Source: Dysidea avara (lineage: Eukaryota). Taken from it: a stretch of DNA of 64,000 nucleotides. The notes under the pieces were generated by a model. It saw nothing but the letters and a program-made list of their open reading frames with translations. It did no database searches and had not been told where the DNA came from. Where the stretch lies: positions 12,087,725 to 12,151,724 of the forward strand of contig NC_089285.1 of assembly GCF_963678975.1 (NCBI RefSeq). Reading direction: 5' to 3'. Position numbers and translations under genes: made by a program. Positions 37,353 to 50,500 of this stretch are shown here, piece by piece; the stretch's first letter is position 1; the number at the start of each line of letters is the position of its first letter.

Positions 37353-40300
37353 ATGTGTGTGTAGCAGGAGTGCAAACCACTCCAACAAGCAACCGGTAAA
37401 AACTTACACAGTCCATGTATGTTGTCCAGTTCTATAGGGCCAAATCCCAATACTACGTAAAGGCAAAGCAATTAAAACATTAAACAATGTATACTCGGTC
37501 ACTGTATAAGTAGTGGACATATGCCATTGGAGCATATCATTGAAATCCCCTGCACTGAAAAGCAAACACCAAAATACAACTTTTAACAGCATTGTATGGC
37601 TTTGTATACAATTGGTTTGAAAAAATTAGTATGCAATTCCAAGAGCTGGTCAGTTATTCTATCATACACATGCTTGATGGCTTTTTAGACCCTCATGCTG
37701 TTATTGAACATGTCCTTCTGTCTAGCAACTAAACTGGACACTACTAAACCACAAGAACTACCCTACAGGTGTAGGTGTATGTGTAATTGACCACACAAAT
37801 AAGCATGGTAGCATTATATCAGTACTTACCATTTGTAACCTTTCTCTTTCTTTAGCTTTTCAACTACAGCAGGTTTACCACCTGATCTACTTGTTGGCTC
37901 TTGATCATCAAAATGACTATAGCAACCTGAGCAATAAACAGATAGTGTAAATGCAATTGGGTGGACCAACACACACTACACTACACACACACTACACACA
38001 CACACAAAGACTTGTGGCTGCCGTTGCACACCTACCCAATGAACTAGCACTGGGACACCTGTGCACTACTCAGGTGCTAGGAGTCAGATCCTCCTGGGGC
38101 AGGCTGTGCCATGTCTTACAGATGAAGGGGCGGGTACCCGAAGTCCTTCAACTGCTATATGAGACATGGACAGTCGGCATGTACTTGACCAGTTTACATG
38201 GGTGGTACAGCTGGATGGACTGCTTTCCCAGTTGGCACCAGGCCACCAGGTCCCCTCATACAAATATTATGAACTCTTGATATGAGTAAAGTTTCTTGCT
38301 CAAGGAAACAACAACATCAAAGTGGCATAACTTGGAATCGATCTTGAAACCTTTCGATTACCAGACCGACACTCTAGCCGCTTGGCTATTATAATACTGT
38401 CCAAAAAGTAACTAGTGCATGATCATGCTTAACCCTTAAACCCACAAAACTGGATTTAAAATGTGATGTAACAAGGATTAAAATGACACCTACAGTTTTA
38501 CCCTAAGCTAAACGGTGAGGCCAAAACTAGCCATTTAAGTAACTTTTCAATAAAGAAACGTGCAAACCTTTTACATAGCTTTATAATATTACATCCATAA
38601 CTAGATGGTGGTTGTTCCTATCACCAAAGTTCCATTCAATTTGCCATTAAATTTGCCCTCAGGCCATATATGACTCTCATGTGAGTAAACCCACAATCAA
38701 AATTAAACACATGGCTAGAATTTTGACACACGGAGATGCGACTTCATACCAAGTAGGCCGTTGTAGTTACAGTGTTTATTTAGCCTTCTCCAAGTAGCCC
38801 AGTGAACAGAATTTTGTTGTTGTTGTAGGCTATAAGAATTAAGTTACCCCACCTACTATCGCCATGTGTGCCTAAACATGCATTTCCCAAAAGTCAAGAG
38901 TTAAAAAAGAACACTCTTCAAATTGCACCATAGATGCTACAGGACAGCCACATTAAGTAGTGTGTACTGTTCTTCATGAGTAACAGACTGGACAATAGTT
39001 GAAACTGAGCTGAAATGGCCACATATACTATATATTATCTTCAGCAAGTGCACATGTGTACAGTTACTTTCTTTCACTAAGGAACATCTGAGTAGTATAA
39101 TAATCATGAAAACATGTTATAAAAGTTAACAACATATTAAAAGTAACTAGTACTATTTACCTCTAAAAAGTAAGTTACATGGGACTAAAAGTAACATACA
39201 ATAGTTCCTTTTTTGAAGTAACTACCCCAACCCTGCCAAGAGGCACAAGGGTGGTGTGTACCAAGTGATGCCACCAGATGGCATCCTGTGCTTGAGGTGG
39301 CATCCTGTGCTTGGCACACAGTAATTCAACCTCATAATTGTTGTCAGCATTAGACAGCTATTTTGCACACACACACAAGCACTACACATACACAAGCACT
39401 ACACACCTTTGCTATCAAAGATTATCCTGTTTGCATACAGGTTATCCCTAGGTATATTCAAGTAGTCCATCACTGGCTCAATAACACTCCTAAATCCCCC
39501 AGATACCAGGTAAACATGAGTGCCCTTCTTACGAAGAAGATCAATAAGTTTCCTAGCAAAACAAGATACACACATTTCCACTACCACCTCGATTGAGACA
39601 TTTATAGCACTTGCAGAAGAAACCATTTTTTTTTAAATTCTACACATAAACTTACTCCACATTTGGAGATAATATCTCTTGTGGAGAATGCAGCTTAGAA
39701 AAGTCTTTGAGCTACACAAGAGAGAGTAATTACTGTACATGTACATTGGAGATGACCACAAACTTGAAAGCTACATACTACACAGGTAACAAACGGGACT
39801 ACATAGCGTACACACCCACACCTATTCTAAAGCTGACGTACAGCATGAATATGGTAAAATTGCAAACATGCCAACAGCACAAACAACACTGGTAGTAACA
39901 AATCAAACATAAACAACAAGGAATCAAGAGTATGCAAGCAATAGTTCACAATGCGTGGACCTACACCACTGTGTCACTAATACCCTTGATCGAAAAGAAA
40001 TTAATACTTAAAACTTCTGACATGAGACTATCGCTATTATTTTTTTGCTATGTGGCTTAGTACACTGGGAAAACTGGACTACAGCCTCTCCACTTTTATC
40101 CAGAGGAATCCACTTTCAAAATCGAAGTACTCTAATAGAGCAGTCAAGTGAGAAGGAACTAGATATCCCAGTAGCTATATGATGGAAACTGTTGAATTTT
40201 AGGGTGAAAATGGAATATTTTTAGACCATATGTATGACATTTACAAGTGTAGGATATGGCTTTAATATATTGCTATAGTCTGCAGCTTTTAGATATGTAT

Positions 40301-41264
40301 ACTACCCCAGTAGTACAGTTCATTGCAGTTGATTTCATTTTTGTCAGTGTATTCATGTTGCTGTGTCCCAAAGTAATATATCACATTAAATGAATTTTGG
40401 CCACTTAAATATTAAGCGGCTGAGGGCTGCAACCCCAGACTCCAGCTGCTAGAAACTTAAGTGTTTAATACTTTCGGAAATTCTTCTTGAAAAATCCTGG
40501 CTACACTCTTCCTGCATAAATAAGGCCACTCCAATTGGTAATTATGTTTCTGGTCCACCGCCCGCATCCTTTTTTACAGAAAGTGAAATTTCAGAAATGC
40601 ATGGGGAATATGCCCGCATCAGATTTTCGACAAAGCTGGATTTCAGAAACAAATATTGGGCTGCTATTAACATGCTAAATCTAACTGCTTACGTCTTACT
40701 ATACGTCTTTTATCAGTGAAAACCTACAAGAAATGAGCATAGTGCTAAGTACGGATCGATATACTCTAATAAAACAGTCAGAAAATCGCAAAAATACTCT
40801 AATTGAGCAGTCACTTCAGTATTGCTTTGTTGCTGAATTCCGCCCGCCCGCATCTAAAATTAAACTTCAGATGACCAGAAACATAAAAACAAATTGGAGT
40901 GGCCTAAGGTTTCTCTCTTTCAAACAAAATGTTTATTCTATCAAAATTGTTATAAAATTCAATCTCAAATTATAAAAGGGGTTTGGTCTAGGCAAGACAA
41001 TGACAAGGTGATTACAAAAGACAGATATGATACCTGCTGCTCCGTAGGTTTAACAATGTTCAATCTAGTTTTGAGCGATTCCTGGAAACTCATACTTCCC
41101 CCCATAGCGCGCGTGGTCCACTGTTTAACCTCTTCGCCGACTCCACAGTACTCTGCTAGGCAGTTTAGTCCCTCAATGGTGACCAAAGTACTATCCACAT
41201 CGAAACACACTGCATCCGCTTGACACCAAATTTTCTTAGTGTCTTGCAGCTTTCTATCTGCCAT
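35975..41264 (-). CDS. PSPH: Phosphoserine phosphatase (HAD superfamily), 6 coding exons, about 229 aa
   Basis: MADRKLQDTKKIWCQADAVCFDVDSTLVTIEGLNCLAEYCGVGEEVKQWTTRAMGGSMSFQESLKTRLNIVKPTEQQVSYLSF | LHSPQEILSPNVE | KLIDLLRKKGTHVYLVSGGFRSVIEPVMDYLNIPRDNLYANRIIFDSKG | CYSHFDDQEPTSRSGGKPAVVEKLKKEKGYK | CVVMIGDGATDLEACPPA | DAFIGYGGTVIRQKVKDNASWFVTDFQDLIDCLTD*. This matches human PSPH block for block (DXDST, SGGF, GDGATD motifs). Exons (- strand): 41016-41264, 39656-39693 (38-nt micro-exon), 39407-39552, 37829-37925, 36883-36934, 35975-36082. All are GT-AG and phases are consistent. The stop lies only about 250 bp upstream of the XBP1 ATG on the same strand. Confidence 0.9.
37056..37253. mobile_element. 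MITE (TIR TACAGTRGAACCTCAGTT) with two internal copies of the dispersed 20-bp motif, inside a PSPH intron
   Basis: TIRs at 37056-37080 and 37226-37253. Same family as the MITE at 9971-10222. Confidence 0.7.
37277..37351. repeat. (GT)n microsatellite, about 37 repeats
   Basis: Directly visible. Confidence 0.95.
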
Positions 41265-41539
41265 GGCAATTTTCCAACACGTGCCGGAGGTCAACCTCGA
41301 GGTTAACAATGCACGCCTATGTAGTCTCCGGGCTCGCGCTAATGCGCAAATGCATTAGCGCGAGCCCGGTTGGGCACGAGACTAGAGTCTACAGAAAATT
41401 CCGAGAACACGTATATTCACGGGATATTGTTACGTCACGTAGACTAAATAGCTACGATGTTTTAAGGAATACTTAAGGATTAATTATAATTAACTAAGCG
41501 TGTTAAATCATTAGGATACTGTCATACGAGTAGTCCGCG
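41265..41539. promoter_or_regulatory. Bidirectional promoter region between PSPH (- strand ATG at 41264) and HBS1L (+ strand ATG at 41540)
   Basis: The two start codons are 275 bp apart in head-to-head orientation. The region contains a palindrome at 41328-41369. Confidence 0.6.
41328..41369. promoter_or_regulatory. Perfect 18-bp-arm palindrome CCGGGCTCGCGCTAATGC-gcaaat-GCATTAGCGCGAGCCCGG, with additional outer inverted arms TAGTCTC...GAGACTA (41322-41390)
   Basis: Read directly. The outer arms resemble the TIR tip (AGTCTCGCGG) of the MITE at 41824-42236, so this may be a mini-MITE or foldback rather than a regulatory element, or both. Confidence 0.5.
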
Positions 41540-44500
41540 ATGTCAAGACATCGAGACATACGGCGTTTGGACTATTCTGAAGGTACTGTATAGTGTATAT
41601 AGGTTAGGCTTTGCTTAATTATGAATAAAAGTACAACAGTATATTAGAAATATTCTAAATAGTGCACAGCCTTTGTGCAGTACATAATAAAAGCATACAA
41701 AATTACATTTTGTAGATTTCGGGGAAGATATCTATGGAAGATCATTAGAAGATGATTATGCTGTATCACCAACGTCAGGTAATCAAATAATTTTTTTGAC
41801 TAGTTCCTTTGCAGTCACTACATTAGTCTCGCGGCGCCCGACCCTAAAAAGAGGGTCTGGTGAAACTGTGTACAAAAAGTTTGGCGCTGCTGGAATGTTG
41901 GAAGCTCCAATCAGATCGCTCCATTTCAAATTGATTATGTAATGCGTACATTTCAAAAGATTCGCGGCTTACGGTTAATTACATCCGGTGACCCTGCCAC
42001 TTAAACTCATTGAGAAAACAGCCATACAATTCTGTTGGGTTCGTTTTAATGTTGAATAAATATGGTAGCGCTATTAGTTTGGTGATGCTGTAAGCGGATC
42101 TGGTTGAATGGATGTTGTGACGTAAACAGTGCACTTACGTAACAGGTAAAACGTCATCCAATAAACATTCCAGAGCTCAATCTTTTTGTGCACAGTTTCA
42201 CCAGACCCTCTTTTTAGGGTCAGGCGCCGCGAGACTCACTACATTGGATCCACACAAACAAAACACCTGACTGTAATGTAAAACCTCAATACCATTTACA
42301 TTGCATAAGCAAGGTGTGTGAACTTGACACCCATTGACGGAAGAGCACTGCTTAGACTGCATATGCTGCAAGAAGAGAGTTGGCCAATAAAGTAAACTGT
42401 TTGACTGGGAATTGATCAGTAAAGATATGTGACCCGTTCTGCGAAAAGGGGTCTTATAGCCTTTCCAAATTGTCAAGTTTGACTACTCATAACTCCATGT
42501 TTTCAACCTATCACCTTCATATTACACCCATCCATAGTCCTATGTTAGGGGTATAAGGGTACCAAATTTCAGGGAGATACCTCATTCACAAGTCAAGTTA
42601 CAGGTTGCCAAGTACATGCAATTGAAAAGGCTATAAGACCCCTTTTCACAGTCCGGGTCACATATATTTATTGGTACTTAGTCAAATAATCAATATGTGG
42701 TAATAAGTTTAATATGTGGTGATCAGATCATCAGGCATGCTACAAAAAGAAAAAAATATTGTAAGTTAAATACTTGAGAAGTGAAAATAATTTCTTGTTA
42801 AAACATAAAACAGTCACTTTTTTTTCCATTATCAAAATGTTGATCTCAGTTGCTAATGGATATACAGGGCCTATGTAGTGAATACCATTTGTTCTATACT
42901 CTTAGCACAGTTCATCTTCAATCGAGAGAATAGTCAGGGAGCATCATTAATGTCCTACATGTCATCGAAGGAGCCAGTACCCATCTCTCCGTTAAATGTG
43001 TCTACTAAAAGTGATACCCCCATCGTGAACCTGGATGTCAAGACAGTTGGTATCTCCAACATGAGTGATGGTTGGTATATGCGTTGTGTATATAATATTA
43101 TATGTTAAAATGAGATATGGCTAAAGACAGTGTATTTAACTATGCTACTGTAAAATAGTTTTCTTTGACGTATGTATAGTGCAGGTTCAATTTAAGAAGT
43201 TGTGTGTGATGGTAATTAATGTTTCACAGTGCAACGCACATACATACATACATACGCACTATGATTAACTGATTCCTGAGAAAACAGCTTAAGGTGTTTT
43301 TTTTTTCTCAAGAGAGGTCATTCAGCCAATTAATGATAACAAAGGATATCATTTGTGGCTTCAAGTTTCATTTCAACATTGAGAAAAGGTCACCAGCTGT
43401 GCATTTTATGGCTTCTCATGAAATTATTAAAATATGGTAAACACTTTGATTTGGTATGTTAGACATTTGAGTGATGAGATTTAAAAAAATGGTTTTAGCA
43501 AATCAAGCAGTACTAGAAATGAGGCGAATTCCAAAATCCTGTATAATTCTACCAAGAGTTAATAATATGGACCCTCCCATATTATTAACTCTTGATTCTA
43601 CTCTTGAGTTATTAAATGTTTTTGAGGGATTGGCTCAATGTTGGTATACTGTAGTGACAACTTATCTCCTTATACAGTTCAGCTTGACAGTGGGATACAG
43701 TACATCAGGAATGTTGTTGGTTACCAGTTCAGTGAAGAAGATATGGTAGATGCAATGAGGCATTGTAATATGGATGCTGAAGCTGCTTTAAACCAACTAC
43801 TGGAAAGAGGTTAGTTATAGTTACAGATGTTCATGCTACCTTCTAATTGTGGGGTACGGTACATTACATTACCAAGAGTTAAAACGGTGTGGTCTCAATG
43901 GTACGTACGCTGTGGAATAAACTACAGTGTGAGCTGTGAAGCAATCCAGTCATTTTGTGGCACGTTAACAACAGGGGTGGGTGGATTGGTGAATGCAATT
44001 CAGGATACTAAATGCCATCATATTGCAGTGACTGTTTTCATGTGTACTTGAACAATGAACACACTTCACAATAATTACTGTGATTCATGTAAATAACACA
44101 TATAATAGTAGTATAGTATATTTACAGTTTCTTTGTTGATCAAGAAGCATAGTAGTGTGTCATGTACGGCCCAAGAAGCCAATGTGCTACACTGTGGGCG
44201 TATTGACAGGAGGAGAGATAATGCAATTTCACACAGTTGTTCCTTTATCTGATTATATAGTAGAATTGCCCACCTGGTCTTGCAGTCTATATCCAAGTTA
44301 TCATTGTCTTAGTCAATCCCACAACCAAAATCCAGCATTTTTTTCTATTACTACTTTTCACTCACTTTGCAGAAGTTGCTATAAAACACAAGTGCATACC
44401 TGAAATTTGGCACCCTTAAATGGGCTCAAATTCAAATCCCAGCACTAAATTTTGTGTAAATCCATTGACAATCCACGAGGTTATGACCGATTGTCCGCGT

Positions 44501-47500
44501 AAAAACAGCAAACTTTTGTCACACCTACAGGGTAAACCACTTCACGGAATTAAGTTGAAAATCAGTTTGTGGATAGATTAACCATCGTAGGAGTGCTTTT
44601 TTGTGGTTTGGAAGTCAAGACAAAGGCCATGGACATATAATGCAAAACCAAACACATGTAACAATTTTGTGATCAAATTTCATGAACAAAACACACGTGC
44701 TAGGCAAGCCACTTAGAGGAGTGAGTTATGTAAATGGATTAATCATCATAGAAAGTGTTTTCAAACCACTGAGTTGTAATGCTAAACCCACCTACATGTA
44801 ACTAGTGCATGATCAAAATACTCTAATAGTACAGTCATCTTATTACTCCATGGATACATTACTCTTTTGGGTAATTACAGATGTGATATATGTATCAAAT
44901 AGCCAAGCTATAAAAAAGGGTGCAGCCTCTCAAAAAGGTCAGGGTGAAAAAGTTGCAAAACCAATGATGGTGACCAAGAAAGGTCTGCGATGGTGGGTTA
45001 ATGTCAAATTTTAATAACGAAAATTCAGGTGAATTTGGTGCCAAATCCTACTAATAGAGCAGTCACTTACTCTAATACAACAGTCAAGAACACTGATACA
45101 CTCTGATGCACTACTCTCAGCCTTCAAGTGTAATGATCAGTTTGAAATCATAAGTAGACTTGATTTTGAGCACTGCATACTCAAGAGCATAATAAACCTT
45201 TTCATGGTGATGTCGCACCAATTCTCTATATTTGGGGAACTCTTGGAGTACCCACTAACATCACTAAAGTTGTTAAAGTGCCTAATAAATTCTCATCTGC
45301 GTACTTGTTATTATGATTCAGTGTACACAATTCTCAGCTAGTACAGGGCCAGAGTCCAATAGCCTTAGTTAGCTCATGTTTTTTAGTTACCCAATGCATT
45401 GTGAATAAGATATTATAATATTTACATGGGTACTATTTCTTTTTACTGTGTGGATATTGCACAATTGTTTCCCTATCCATTCAGTTATTGTACACCCTGT
45501 GTGTAAAGCTATTTCAGCACGTCATCAAAATTATGTAGTTTATACTACAGCTGTAGTTGCCATTTGGTGCACCACGTGCTCCGAGAGTAGTATGGTCAAT
45601 AGTGCAGTGATTAGCTATAGGAGCCGTTCTTATTGTCTTGTTAGCTTGACTAGCGACATTTCCCTGTACTGAGTACTGACTCCCAGTGTTAACTGATCAA
45701 TACAGAAAGGGGGATTTCAAACTTCAGAAGAAATAATTACAGTAGCTGGATTTTTAGCAACTATAGCTATCTTCCCAGAGATGACATTAATCTCAATTCA
45801 TTAGAAGAAGGACACAATTACAGGATTGCATTTTGTGTTCGGAAAACTGGCTGATTATCAACCTGGACTGGCTGCTAAGTTTGCATATAGGCCATAGTAA
45901 AAGCACGGATTCAGGGCTACCAAATTGTACCACTTCCAAAAGTTTGTATGTGTAATGGTGAAGCTAAGAAAAGTTGCACCAACCTTGAGGAAAGCAATGC
46001 CAGATTGCTTTCAGAAATCATTTGGAAAGAAAATGGCTGTTATTTTAGATTGTTTCAAAGTTTTGTAGAATTTAGTGAACAGAGCAAAGACATGGTCAAA
46101 TTATATTAAGCACTACAACACTGCCAAAATACTTTTAGGGATTTCTCCTCAGGGTGTAGTGTCATTTGTCTCAGCGAGTTGGGGTGGTCGTGTCAGTGAC
46201 TAACATTTAACAAAACACTGTGGAAACCGTTGCCAGGGGAGTTGGCAGACCGAGGTTTAACATTGCCAACTCTGTACAGTAGGAGCCATGCAGACTGCAT
46301 TTCACGTACCTGCATTTACCAAGAAAACACTTTTCCCTGAGTGTACAGGGCCAGTAATGATGGAGAAATGTGGCACACCTGTCAAAGTTGTTTTTTTTCC
46401 AGAGTACAAAGCTCCTCGGATCGATTATAAAACTTCATGGGTGCGTTCCTGCTAGTATTCAAAGAAATTCCTCTTCGAAGAAAGTTCCAATTTCTTGAAA
46501 ATATATTTGTCCTCCACATAGTTGACATTTGAACAAACACAGCTACTTCCACAAAAGTAGGCCACACAAAACTAATCTTGGCTATTCTTGTTATATGATT
46601 ACAACTTTGTATGTGTGTAGCATGAACTATAGCTAGTTTACAACAATGGTGCATCATACTCATGATATAAAACCATAATATCTAACCCAGGCCAGTGACA
46701 ACACAGTTTCTAGCAATTTTAGCATCCTTCACCTAACCACTTACAAACTGGTTGTAGGTATGGCTTAAAGACCTTCCACACTTTAAGTTGCTCTGCTGTA
46801 ACAATACTTTTTTGTAGAACCAAGTAAGGTATTGTATGGGCTCCACAAGATGAAAACTGTCAGCTAACAAGCCTACATTGCTAACAAACAGGTTGACCCC
46901 ATCAATAATAGACCTGTATTGCTTCTTCATCGGGAAGGCTTTCAGCCTAGCTTGACATACATGACATTCTGCTGTCAATACAGAACACGCCGTGCACGTC
47001 TTGCTATAGTTTCTGTAATTTTGGTCACGTGCTGAAATACAGGATAGCTCAGACTAACTCTATAGTACGTACTAACATATTATAACATGTGACAATGTTA
47101 ACGATTGTTATCTGTTGCAGGCAGTAAACATGAGAAAGGACCAAAAAGAGGTAACAATACCACATCATTATTGTCATCATACTGAGCAGACCTGTGTACT
47201 ATTTGGCTAGAACACCTCTGCTCAGTATGTCAGTGTATGTACAGTGACATGAACTGTAGACTACAAATTGTTTATTGAAGTTAACAATGAGTATAAAATG
47301 AAGGGCAGTCTGTGTACATGTTTGACAAACAAAAAGTCTTATCCTCCTGTAAACTTATCAGGAATAAATTCATTTAATCATGTTTAAATACACATTAATT
47401 GTACAAACTGTAAGTCTGAATTTCTTGAATGATGTTGTGCAATTTTCCCTTTGTTGCAATGTTTCAAATACTGATCAAATGTTTATACAGCAATAATGAT

Positions 47501-50500
47501 CATTAGTGTGATTAATTTTTGATGTATTTTTGGTTTGCACCTGTACAGTTACATGTTTTGTTTGAGGACATCAATTGGTACATACTTGGACTAATTCACC
47601 TACAAAGCTATTCAGTGCCTTGTCTGAGATTGACCCTCATACATGTATGTCTTTCACCAATTCAATTTTTGTCACACAAAGTAATTTTTTATGACAATAC
47701 TTTCTTCAGATTTATATACTATTATCAAGCACACTGTTTGTCCTTTATATGAGAGTGTGTTGCTTTAACCAAGAGTAAATAATGGAGTATTCTTGTTTTA
47801 ACTATAACAATAATAGCAGGAGTAACTTAAGCAAGTGTGTGTACGTGTGCGTTTCTTCACTGTATGATGAAGGTGTTTTTTTTTCTCTATATTGCTATCC
47901 CTTGCTGTGCTGTGGAATTACATTTTGATAAGGTAAGACTCAGACATTTTATCTGATAGTAAACCTGTGCGTAACCTATTTAATGATCACCACAATGTAT
48001 CTACTGACAACTTTGACACATCTCATGTGTCATTATCACAACTGGCTAGCCTGCACTCACAACAACAAAGGTCATTTGAAGGCAGTAATGCTAAGACCAA
48101 CCAGCGGAGTTCAGTTTCCGATTTTTCACTCAATGACCTTGCCAATATGTATCTCCACAAGCCACCATCACAAGACATTGATGTGCTACATGGTGTACCA
48201 TCAGGTGGTGATGATGGTGAGAAGACCTTTACTTCAACTGCTTCATTGTCATTAGCTGATTTAGCCAGTGCACACATATCCACTGCAGTGAGAACAGATG
48301 GAGAGACAAGTTCAACTAACCTGTCACTGTCTGAATTAGCTAACCTACATGTGTCCAGTCACTCAATGTCTACCTCATTCCAGCAAAGTGAAGACATCCT
48401 TGCTACATTATCCGCTAGTTCTCCAGTGTTAGAGGCTAATCCAACTGCTTCAGCAGGTCTGGATTTTGGTGCTGGTTTTGCTACCCCTAAAACTGGATCC
48501 ATGTTGTCCCTCTCACAACTAGCCAGTTTGGGCACTAAATCTGTACCGCCCGTTGCTGTAAAGTCACATGCCACTCAGACAAATAGTGGTGGTCTTGCTG
48601 CTTTAGCCACTGCTCATTTCAGCTCCATGGTCAGTGGTCACACTGACAGCAGCAACCCAATTGATTTAAAGTCAGTACGCCCACCACCAGGATTTAAAGT
48701 ATTGGAAGAACCTGTGTTGAAGGCATCTGAAGATATTTCATTGTCTTCTGTTGTGAAGAAGCTAACAATACAAGAATCTAATGTTATGTGTGTTAGCTCA
48801 GCTAATGCATCACAGTTTGCTGGTATTTTGTGTATGCCAGAGAAGAGACGGTCAAAGAAACTAGACGTTCGGCACAGACACTTGAGAAAAAAATCATGGA
48901 AGAAAATATCCAACTTGCACATTCCCCGGTTTAGCTTTGCCACTCCTTCACCAGATGACTTTATACTGAATAGACAAAAACTGGTGTTTACCTCTGACCC
49001 TCAGTAGTAATATTAGTACAGATGGACATATCCCTTTACTGTTATATTATTGTATATTTTTATATGTATACGTGTGGGTGTTTCATGATTGTGTCATGAT
49101 AAACTTATCGACTCTGGTGTTATTGTGATTACAGTGTACATATTGTGTTTTACTACCACTTCTACTATGCCGTTGGCACAGCAGCTGTGTGCATGGAAAG
49201 TTTTGCAGTATGAAATGTCACAGTACATAAACAAATCATTGTCTTCATGATTGTTTTTGTACATCATTAGAGATGCTTATATTTTGCACTGTCATGTGTT
49301 GAAACAATGTCAGATAGATGAGGAGTTGGCAAAGTTAGTGGCAGAGTTCTGATCACACCCCTGACGACGATTCATTGCATAGGGCTTCTAGCTGCTTATT
49401 ATCAGAAAGTCACTACCTCGAGGGTTATAATCACTAAATGATACTCATTGTTGTAAGCTTGAAAATGGCAAACAGTCTTTATGCAGAATCTTAGCTATTA
49501 TAAATTTTTGCACAGACTTTATTTTTACTACTATCTACAAAATCTGTGACAATTACATACCATAAAACTTTCCATGTACACAGTATGTAAACCAAGGTAC
49601 CTAGCAGTGTATGGTTTTCTTATTAGCACTCACCCTTGACGACAGTGTACTCAGTCATAGGACGAAAGTGGTGGTGTCTGGTTCAAAGCCCACCCTGGGT
49701 TTCCACACTCCAACAGATGATCACAGCAGGTCCCCCAGAGCCCTAAGGTGCGTGGTGTGTCAGTTACCTGTTTAATAATAAGTTAATGTTCTGTTGGTCA
49801 AATATATGTGTCAGTGACATGTGCTTTGAGTAGTTCATGTTTGGTTTGTGTATGTTGTAGTCCATGTAGCAGTAATCACACACCAGTGAGCGGTGGTACA
49901 CCGGATTCTGGGGCACGAGAACTCACCCTTGATTCAGCAAGTAAGCGTAGTCTTCCTCCTCGCAACAAACACAAGGTACTGTAGCTGCTGTACTCATGTC
50001 ATTTGTGTTACTATTCAATCACTCAGCACATTGATGTTATTGCGGAATATAAAAAGAAGTTAGAAAATGATCGGCCCATTCTCAACCTTGTGATTGTTGG
50101 TTAGTGTATGTGTTGTGTTTGTATAGTATAGTGTGATGTGCATGTCTATCATTCCTTCAGGACACGTGGATGCAGGGAAGAGCACTTTAATGGGTCACCT
50201 ACTTTACAAACTAGGACATGTTTCTAAGAAGACGATGCATAAGTATGTTACTATGATGTTGATATGTATTTATGTGTGTGACTATGTCTATTACAAGATA
50301 TGAAAAAGAATCGACTAAAGTTGGTAAAGCATCATTTGCTTTTGCGTGGGTCTTGGATGAAACAGGGGAAGAAAGAAACAGGTTTGGACTGTGTACAAAA
50401 ATTAAGTCCCATACTGTCATGGATTTGACCATGTCTCCTTATGGATGCAATAAGCCCATTCATTTTATACACACAGCTTCTTTTGTAGACTCCAGCAGAA

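Noticed and set aside
38320-38400. tRNA-like GCCAAGCGGCTAGAG...GATCGATTCCAAG on the - strand
   Set aside because: D- and T-arm-like strings are present, but no consistent acceptor or anticodon stem could be built by eye. tRNAscan would settle it.
46382-46978. The - strand ORFs next to the Harbinger relic as a host gene
   Set aside because: No recognisable domain. They are most likely TE-derived (possibly the second Harbinger ORF) or chance ORFs.
47967-49007. The 346-aa ORF as a stand-alone gene with its own start
   Set aside because: The ORF-track start is a GTG. There is an in-phase acceptor at 47943/47944 matching HBS1L exon 5, and the C-terminal PSPDD motif fits the HBS1L/SKI7 alternative exon.
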